DNA from: Ascidiella aspersa
Lineage: Eukaryota
Reading direction: 5' to 3'
Assembly: GCA_963924565.1 (NCBI GenBank)
Contig: OZ004614.1
Coordinates: 17,794,001-17,858,000, forward strand
DNA: 64,000 nucleotides
Shown here: piece by piece, positions 54,917-64,000 of the stretch
Layout of the letters: each line of letters opens with the position of its first letter
How positions within the stretch are numbered: the first letter of the stretch is position 1
Notes under the pieces: model-generated
Told to the model about the DNA's origin: nothing
The model's database searches: none
The model's input: the letters and a program-made list of their open reading frames with translations, nothing else
Translations under genes and position numbers: made by a program

Positions 54917-57900
54917 CTAGGCGCCCAGCAGCCTTGCGCGAAGCAGCTCCAGCGCCGACGCCACGTTGTTGTTGATGTCCTGGCAAGTTCGCATCGTGAC
55001 TCTCACATCATCGCTGGGGGGCATGACCCCGAAACCGAGGTGGGTCTTGTCTTCGCCGGGCGTCGGGGCGTCGGGCTCCACGAAGTCGATCTGGCAGTGT
55101 TGCAGTAGGGAAAGCACCACGAGCTTTATTTCGATAATGGCGATGTGTCTTCCGGGACATTGCGACGCTCCCAAGCCGAAGGTAAGGATTGCCTTGGATG
55201 CAGGAATCCTCTTGGAAGACTTGAAGAACTTGGAGCGCATCCTAGTAAGGCCGCTGCAAAGGTGTTTTTGCTTGCCGATTTCAGCAAGGGTGGGGCGCCT
55301 TTTAAATGGAGCCGGAGTTATTCTGTACGGCTCGGTGGTGACGAATCGCTCATGCTGGTATTCCTGCGCCACAAAGTGTTTCGGTTTCTGTTTTACGTTA
55401 GGTGTCTTTAAAACAGATGTTGTTAAACATAGAACTTAAAAAAATGAAAGACGTGACAGCGAAACTGCATAACAAAACAAATTGTATAGGATAAATAGAT
55501 TATGTTTTGCGCATATCTAACTAAAAAATAAGTGTTGGCAAATAAAAATTTATATTGTTGTGTTTTTTATTGTTTCCGATACAAGAAGTGCTTCGCAGGA
55601 AACATTAAATTTGCCTGGGGTCACCAATCGAATATTCTGTCTTTATGGATTTAATAAAACATTAAGGACCTATACGTGACTTCCTGAAAATCTTGAGTAA
55701 AAATAATTAAAAGCATCAATTTTACCCTTGGGTCATCAAAGATCTGTTCGTCCATGTGAATCACGGGGGCGTAAAATGCGGTGTAATCTCCCTTTCTTAT
55801 CTTGAAAGATTTCCCGCTCTGTGTTGGAACCACCGTGTCTGCTGTAGCCTTGCGAATGCTGAAGCTTGCCCCCGTCATTCGCATAGTTTCCTTTATACAA
55901 CCTTCTGCAGAACACGAAAGGCAAACGTTTTCTAACGGGCGAAATGATTTAATGTTAATTCTTTAGACTAATATCCACTTCGTTATTATCTAACTAACAC
56001 CTCCAACTTGATTTGTGTTTAGAACCCGGTTGAAGATAGCAACGCAAAAGTGTGCCGGTGGTGTTTCAGAGTGGAAATTATAGAAGTAACGTGTTTTGAT
56101 CTACTAAGGACAGCAATACAAGTCTCGCTATGAACGGATCATGTTGATTCTAAATAAGTTTAAGATCACATTCAACAGGTGTAAAGTAATAACATTTAAC
56201 GATTCCATAAAAAATAACGTTCAAATGCTCCTGTTTATTGTTTTGGGCTTTTAAATTTTCTTTCACGCCTCCCTACAATCTCCAGCGGAGATTAAATGTG
56301 TTTAATTATATCTAAGGAGGTAGTAAAGTGTTAACGCAAAGCGCGAAAAAAAAAGCGTTTGTTGGGTTTAAAATTCAAGTCCACACGCCGTGAACCATGC
56401 TACTAATAAAAACTGTAAAAAAACTACTTTGAGGGAACGCCACAACATTTAAGTTAATCTAACTTAGTGTTTGTCGAACACATTAAATACTATTTGGCGG
56501 ATAAGCTGATTAAATTGTTGGTGTAAATAAAACTGTTAAAATGTACTAATTTGCTACGTTGTTCTATCAGGTGACAAGTCTATATTATAAGTCATATAAT
56601 GTTTTTGCGATTTACAGTTTAATAATAGGATTTTTGAACTTAACCGGCGGAGTAATGTTTTTTAATAAATTAATTATTTATTAGGTATTTTTTGCAATAA
56701 ATTGGCAGTGTTTTGCGATTGCATAAAAAAGGGTTTAATACTTTCGTTTTGGCATCAACTAGTTAGAGGGCGCCCGTTTAGAGAATGTCTTCAGTCTCAC
56801 CTAGAACTACTGTTTTGTCCAAATCCTTCTTCCTGATGCCGAGGATGTTCCTGATGCACTTGCACGCGTGGTTCGGTTTTTTGCACAAATACTCGAGGTG
56901 ATTAGCCATGGAGCCGCTCCTTGGACGTTCTGACAGTCCGATGACCTTCCTGTACTCCGACATCACGTCCTCAATTGCATCCGGGCTCTTTAGGAGTTGG
57001 TAAAGGGTCCAGAAAAGCGCGGGAGCCGTATTGGCCTGTGCTGCCCACAATATCATGACGAGATGACGAGAGCGGCGTGAAGAAAAATCTAAATCGTTTT
57101 AGTGGATTTTGAGCAACGATAGTAATTGATCGATAGGTCGGATCGAATCTGCGTACCACTGTATACATGTTGAGCGCCCTTTAGAGAGTTATAATAACTA
57201 TAAATCTTAATTTATTAGTTAACTGTAAACAAACGGGATTTGCCCACAACTCGTTTTTTAAGGATTTCTAAGTTTTTGATTGTGTTGTGCTATTATATTT
57301 CTTCTGACCTTTTCAACTGCAGTATCAAATCACTTAAGCATCGTTTGTTTAAACCATAACTCTTAAAATAGTAGGTTTTCCAGCCTTGGCATAAAATAGC
57401 GTATATAGCAGGCATCCAATGTAAAAGGAAAAGTGTGTTTAATGCACTAAACTACTATGTCCATATTCGTTTTATGTTTGATTGAAAATGTAACAACTCC
57501 GTCGGATTGCTAATCTACCTTTGTCGTTTGTATTATGGGGTATGTGGCATTTCTATATCTACGGAGCTGCAAACGTGACGAGCCTGCTGTGTACCTATGG
57601 TGGGGTTCATGTCCACGATGTCGGCCACCAGCTGCGAGACATTGGTGCGCTCAGCCCAGTTAATAGCGCCGATCATTTCGACGAGCTGATTCAAGGCAAC
57701 CTTGACGTCCGGCAGAAAGTACATGGGAACCCGGGCCACCAGCTTCGACGAATCCTTGAAGTAGCGCTGGAAGACCTCGTAGAATCGCTCTGTCTCCTGG
57801 GCGCTTTCCTCAATATCGGGAAGCGAACCGAAGAAGAGGTTGAACGTGATGTCGAAGATGATGCGCTTGCAGAAATCGTACAGCTCGACCTGTGGCAAAC

Positions 57901-60900
57901 AAAAGCATAAACAGATATGTTGTGTAAACTACGCACGGATATGTAATATTGCTTGATGGTGAATTGAAAAGCCATAAAGGTCGAGTAGATCAACATCATC
58001 TTGATTATTAAGACGTTTCGATAGGAGCTTGTATCCCCTTGAGTTAAAACATTAACTGAAGATGATATAAGTTCGGATCGAAATGTCTTAATAATCAAGA
58101 TGATGTCGATCTACTCGATCTTTATGGCTTTTCAATTCATTTTCAAGATATGCTGTAGTTTTAAACAATGTTCTTTTTCTAAAGGGTCTGTTGAAAGCTG
58201 GAAAGCGGATAGACCACGCTGTATTGTGCAATAAGTGGGAGAACGAATAAAAATTCCGAGGATTGCTCTCCGCAAACTCTTAGCTCTATATATTTTCGTT
58301 GAAATACTTCTCGCAACAGTTCGTTCAGCAAATATTGATACGCGACTTTTACGAGTTCACTGGCAGACAGATGATGAACATGAAAATATGGATTGGCTTT
58401 AAGTGAACATCATGCAAAACGAGATTGTAAATTACGTTGCAGAAATGTGATTTGCGTTGTAGAATTAAATAAAAAAAAATAGTAATGCGAAGCAGACCGC
58501 AAAACCGACACCCATGAGAAATGTGTTTTATTACCTTTGCAACCGTGTGCCCAATCTTGTTTGACAGCAACTAAAACATTAAACCATAAAAAGAACTTCG
58601 CAAAACAATACAACTAACAAATGCAGTCAATTGTGACAAACTATACGAAAAGTCGCCGAAATGTGAAGCAGTGATTTTGTTCGCTGCTATAATTACGCAT
58701 CTTAAACACGCGACTTCTTCGAATAGTAAAAATAGCTACATCGGATAGCGCTTAAGCACAACACCGGTAAAAAACACGAACCGATTTCTTGTCGCCGTGT
58801 TTGCCCGGTTGCACCCTGGCGAGGTTCCGCTCGAGTGCGCACGCCACCACGTGCTTGGCCGACGAGCAAAGGTCGCCGAGCTGCATCGATCCGCGCAGGT
58901 TCTTAACGATCGAATGCGCCATCCTGTTGACATCGGGCGCCCTTCCTGTTCGCCGAATTTCGCGCTTGGGTGACTTCGCGCGGTTTCGCGCCGCCTCTGA
59001 CTGGCACTTGACCTTCGCTTGAGTGTCCGGGTCATTGTGAATGCAGTGGTCCGAGCCGACCATTCTCGTGACGAAATCGCCGACGATTTCACGGTGATCC
59101 AGGTTGTTGCACTTTTCCAGGCAGCGCACGTCCAGCGGATTCATAAACATGTGCGTTGTCCTGTTGAACAACACAATTTTTGTTTTATTCTTCTTGGGCA
59201 AAGTTATTAGATATTTATCGTTCAAATTTTTTTTATCGTTCAAAGGAGCGGCGATGTCAAACTGAGAACTCCATTATCCACGAGCGCGCGCGCGCGACGT
59301 TTTTGGGCATTTAATGAAGCGGTTTTACCAATAAGCAATTTTCATTTTTAAACAAGATAATTTTACTTAGGACGCAGTTTGGTTACGTGATTACGCTTTA
59401 AATATCACGCCAACAATTGCTGCTCACCACATGGGCCGTATCCGTTTTACGTTTATTAGCCCGATCGAATTAAGCCAAGGTTTTTCGTTGCACAACACCC
59501 AATAGGCTACATGCTTTTTGTTTATACATTATTATACGAAAAAACGGCGTTTTAAAGGTTAATTAAAGTACACGTTCATAGAATATAAAAAATATCAAAT
59601 ATATTGATGCGTTTTTTGCATTCGCGTATACCGGACAGCGTGTAACCACCCGATCCATCAGAAGTCGGTGCAGTTCCAAAAGAGGTCTACGAAAATTAGT
59701 GCATCCAAAGTATCAAAAAGTCCGACTTTTAGACTTTGAGGTCCTGGACAATGCACTAATTTGACTTAACAAATGTGCATAAGAAGTTTCATATTTCTTG
59801 ACCCACCTGAATCCAAACGCTAACCAACACCCTAACCCAAATAATGTGCGTTGATTTAATAATTACATAAATGTCCAGGTCTTATGCTTTTTCCACAGCG
59901 TTCAAATAATTACTAAATTAACTCACATTATTTGGATTAGGGTCCGGGTTAGCGTTTGGGTGTGGGTGGGTCAAGTATTATTAATTCTATGCCACAGTTT
60001 TTGTTTTCTTTCGTGAATTTTCAGCGAATATGTTAGAACTATCAATGCCTGGAGTTTACCTAAATGTCCATTTAGTGCATTGCCACGACCTCAAGGTCGA
60101 AAAGTCAGACATTTCTTCCCTTGGATGCACTAATTGTCGTAGACATTTTTGCTTAGAACTGAACTAATTGCTAACGGATCGGGTGGTGTAGCCTATTGCA
60201 AAAATGCAAAGGCGAAGGCCGTCCATCAGCTGGTTGCCGCTCACGCAATACTCGTTGGACACTACCCTCAACTCGTTATAAAAACTCTTTCACCGTACAT
60301 TGCTCTCAAAACGTCCTAAAGGCTACATAGTGTTAATTATCTTCCGGGCCCCAAAGTATAGAGCTCTTAGCATTTATCAATTTAAATGTTCCAAAAAATG
60401 TTTATCAATGATTTCGTGATAGAGCCAGAATTCATTATATAATTTTTTTTCCGCCATATAAAATGCACCTTAAACAAAGCCAAATACCCTGGCATGGATG
60501 CCTTAGTGGGGTAAAGGTTTTTTGCGTTGGCTTTAAAAATACTGTTTACTTTTTTTTTAGATTAAGTTTGATCAACATTTTACTACAGGTCAACATAAAA
60601 CATAAAAGTTTTTAAGTTTATTAGTTTTGTTTAAAGGTACGCTCGTTGACAACATTGTACGTTGACATTAAAAAAGTATAGCATAATGTCAAATTAAATG
60701 TTCCATGATTCATTTTTTGTTTTTTCGCTAATTGCCAACATTACATTTACTATTAATGAGCAAAGTTCGCCTGCGTAATTTTTATGTTTAATCCGAATTA
60801 TAGGGAACCAAAATTTATTTTGCTAAGGATCCAAAAGTCAGTTCACAAAGAACGAAAGAAAACTACGTTATAATCTGTACCTAGGTTTCGGCAAGTGTGG

Positions 60901-62379
60901 TTGCGCGATACTTGAAACTCGCTCAAGTCAAGAAACCTAAAAAATAACTTTTGGAAACTCAACTTCAAAGTCACTCACCATCCAGCCAGCTCAATCGTGA
61001 AGACGTCCCCGTATCTTTTTTGATGGTCGAGCAGATACTCCAGCGGTTGTCGGCCGAACTGGAAAGAACCCCCAACAAAAGGCATGGCGTGTTTTACCAG
61101 AGGCGGCTCCAATGGGCGCCTGAAAGCAAAAAAATACAGCTACAACAAATTGCAGTTACGGTTACAGGCTATTGCCGTCAATACAACCCTCTCTTTAGAA
61201 CATGTTATATATATTGTAGACCAGTCTTGCATGGTTATATTGTGGACCGTTGCTCGGTATAGATATAGAGCACATAGTTTTATTTATATTTAGAGATTCG
61301 AAATTCGCATTGTGGCGATGGGGTTGCACTTCAGGTATTTGTCTTCTCAGTCAATAAATATATAAACTGTTACGCCTAACCCTTAATAAAATGAAAATGT
61401 TCGTTTAAAAACATGTCTTGGAAAAACTACACGGCCATATAGTGAATTTATGACAAGCATGTGTTGCGGATAGCTTGAAATTTAGCTTGTCGAAATGGCG
61501 AATGTTTAACTGTGGTATTGTCGGAGTCGGAAATTTCCGCATGATTGCATGGCACGATGCGCTCATATTTGCACTGAAAACGAACATGCGATTTAAGCCT
61601 GGCATATCGCCAGTTTTTCGTTTGCGCAAACTATTCCATCAGAAATAACCCAAAGTAAATTTGTAAATGACTTGCTCTAATCTAAGTCTGCGGTATGCTT
61701 GAGCACGTTGCACCTCAAAATGAGTCAGTGGATCGTTTGAACAAAACATTTTATATTTTGGGAAATCCTTTCAAGGTACATGGTTTTAGTTATTCTATGG
61801 CTGGTACCCCTCAGCGAAGTTGTAGAAAAAGATTGAGGCTTAGTAATGACCCTGAACCACGGTAAACGTATGCCAAGGGATCTGTGCTTAGTGATGCACT
61901 CAAGGACTTACTTGGTTCGCTTTTTCACTAATGTCTCTCGGAAGGCCGTAGCCTATATTCGTACATATAATAAAACGTTTAACCAAAGGGCCATCAAGTA
62001 TTTTTTCTGTCATCATTTGCCACGAATAGTGTTTCCTGTGTCTTATAATTATAGCGGTTTAGGGACCATAGAGACTATTATTGATATGACACTAAATAAA
62101 ATAAATTATCATGATTTATGTATGATAAAAGCGTCTTCACCTTCTGAAGTCTCCGGGATTATTTTATTAACAAAGGTGATTTTTTTAATAACATATTCGG
62201 AAAAACAAAGATCGTATTTGCTTTTTGAAAACAACGCAAATATAGTAGTAGGCTACAAAGTTCTATATTTAAAGTAATAATCCTAAAAAGTCTTATTACC
62301 TTCTTCTCTGGAACATAATAAGCAGAACAAAAGACAAGTTAAGCAACAACAGGAAAGTGGTAACTAAGGTCTCGATCAT
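54917..62379 (-). CDS. CYP7: Cytochrome P450, CYP7 clan (CYP7A1/7B1/8B1-like sterol hydroxylase); 7 exons, about 602 aa
   Basis: Exons: 62300-62379 (TM anchor MIETLVTTFLLLLNLSFVLLIMFQRRR), 60979-61119 (RPLEPPLV..PFVGGSFQFG..YGDVFTI), 58782-59160, 57595-57889, 56801-57088 (I-helix LWAAQANTAPALFW, compare CYP7A1 LWASQANTIPATFW), 55726-55904 (ExxR: KETMR), 54917-55363 (HERF; heme FGLGASQCPGR). Phases agree, 1809 nt. Confidence 0.9.
57960..58139. mobile_element. About 180-bp foldback of two divergently oriented hammerhead-repeat copies, CYP7-like intron 3
   Basis: tgaattgaaaagccataaaggtcgagtagatc... is the near reverse complement of ...gatctactcgatctttatggcttttcaattca. The plus copy 58051-58092 keeps CTGAAGA..GAAA.GTC; the minus copy core reads CTCAAGG. 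Confidence 0.8.
59645..60187. mobile_element. Foldback-type element with long (over 200 bp) imperfect inverted arms, CYP7-like intron 2
   Basis: Matching inverted blocks: accacccgatcc/ggatcgggtggt, gtctacga.aattagtgcatccaa/ttggatgcactaatt.tcgtagac, ttgacccacc/ggtgggtcaa, ccaaacgctaacc/ggttagcgtttgg, ccaaataatgtg/cacattatttgg. Confidence 0.85.
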
Positions 62380-63693
62380 TTTTAGGATAACCTGCGCGAA
62401 TAGAGTGATTTTATATGACTGAACAAATAATAAAACATAAAAGCGTATCACATTCCTGAATAAAACTTACGCAACATTGTCTACCAACGCTGTCAGATAA
62501 GTCAACGTTTGAGTAAGTTTACAAACGACAAAGGCGATGTTAAAATACGCGAGTTGTCCGAAAATACAGTCGAGTGTAAATTTTCGCACCGAAATTAAAA
62601 CTCAAGTGTTTAACCTAAACATCGCACAGAAAAACTGGTTAAAATTAATTTGCATCCTGCAGCTAAACGTTCATTGTGGCTTGAACAAGCGCTGCCTGGA
62701 AATATATTGCACTGCTGAATATCTCATTTTTTTCTGGAATATATAGCAACCCGCTATATAGTTTTCACTTAACGCACGAAAGCGCTCTCGTCTGGCCAAA
62801 GTCTAAGCATTCTTACACAATGAAACCTGATGCTTCTGGTTTTTACGGTCGAGACTACGAGACTTCCACTGACATGCACCTGAGTTTTACCAAGTTCCTT
62901 GAAATATTCACCACCACAAAGCAACACAATTTCTTCGTATTTCGTCGTTAAGTTCATAAGCTATTTGAGGGAATAACAGAAAAAATCGAAAAAAATTCCC
63001 ATCAAAGGAAAATTTAACACGTTTGTCGATAATTCATTTACCTTATAAGTCATATAATAGCGTTTCGAAGTTAAGATGTGTAGGTGGTAAGGCGTAAATC
63101 TAAGTTGGCTTTATTACTGTATAGCGTATTTGATTAAGGCTACAATTACAATAGAATATAACCAAACAACTTCGATATGGTTGGAAACAAGCAACTTTCT
63201 CGGAAATCGTCACGTTCAGCGGTTGGCATATGGACATATCATTTAAAAAGGAGGTTTTAACCTTGAAATAAGACGTGGGTTGCAAAATTCGTATTACTGG
63301 CAACTCACCGAAATTCTTGAGACTTGGCGTTACGAGGGCGAGTTAATTCCTACACAACAACCTTGTGGGATCTAGGCTCTAAATTCTTAAGAGATAAAAA
63401 TTTTCAAATTTCGCAAAGTCACGTGAAGTGCTGTTATTGACAATGCGTCGAGAATAATATTATTATTATTTTTTTTCGAAATATATTTTGGAATTTTTCG
63501 AAACGTTTGTATATAGCTTAACCAACTTAAAAAAACCAAATGATTGCACCTGTCCTTTGAACAGATTTGCGTTTTAAAATTTTCCAAGACATTGATGCGT
63601 GAAAAGATAAGGCATAGCCGTACCATGCACAGTTTAATGAACCAAAAAATACCTATGGTATATATTTTAGCTATTTTTTGATTTAGTTTAAAA

Positions 63694-64000
63694 CAGTGCT
63701 TCCCAACCAGTGGGTCGCGAAGCTATTTCAGGTGGGTCGCGAAGCATTTCTAACTGTTACAGTTTTCTATTAGATCGGGAAATCATTGCATTACCAATAC
63801 GTAACATTTATACAACCATATCACAAATATGTAACATAGATGTGTTGTGTCGCATTAACTATTTCAGTAGGTGTACGCGTACACCACTAGTAAAGATTCA
63901 GGTTTTATGTAATACTACTTGTTTGGTCATATCTCATTGTGGGTCGCACAATCAAACTTGTTTTAAAAGTGGGTCACGAACTTAAAAGGTTGGGAAGCAC
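63694..64000. mobile_element. hAT-type MITE; right TIR reaches the window edge
   Basis: CAGTGCTTCCCAACCAGTGGGTCGCGA ... AAAAGGTTGGGAAGCAC; homologous to 46418-46630. Confidence 0.85.

Noticed and set aside
54966-57910. Plus-strand ORFs 54966-55439, 55145-55411 and 57521-57910
   Set aside because: They are antisense to GC-rich P450 exons.
59284-59296. (GC)6G run with Z-DNA potential
   Set aside because: It is too short and isolated to support a functional claim.
61846-63626. Several 60-143 aa ORFs around the CYP first exon
   Set aside because: They have AT-rich random-ORF composition, and I recognised no RT, GIY-YIG or transposase motif.

Overview
Eukaryotic, AT-rich, intron-containing genomic DNA. 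It is most likely an invertebrate chordate (ascidian/tunicate-like); this is inferred from gene content and architecture, not proven. I reconstructed four spliced genes by hand, all on the minus strand with GT-AG introns. (1) A 15-exon FRMPD4/Preso-like WW-WW-PDZ-FERM scaffold, 5054-34573, about 1921 aa, with a 3.9-kb terminal exon holding a 15-bp (EPDVI)n repeat. (2) A 9-exon secreted Ly6/uPAR-like + Sushi + degenerate VWA gene, 36289-39516, with an apparent frameshift. (3) A 10-exon SLC7A4-like cationic amino acid transporter, 41724-49912, about 617 aa. (4) A 7-exon CYP7-clan P450, 54917-62379, about 602 aa, with three unusual basic, Cys/His-containing insertions. Exon phases are consistent throughout except at the frameshift in gene 2. 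Non-coding DNA holds many hAT-type MITEs (one triple-nested with perfect TSDs), foldback elements, and a non-canonical tRNA-like element with a 170-bp tandem duplication breaking at its anticodon. The most interesting signal is a short dispersed repeat carrying a minimal type I hammerhead ribozyme motif (Penelope/retrozyme-like): four copies in introns of three genes, one with an intact core.
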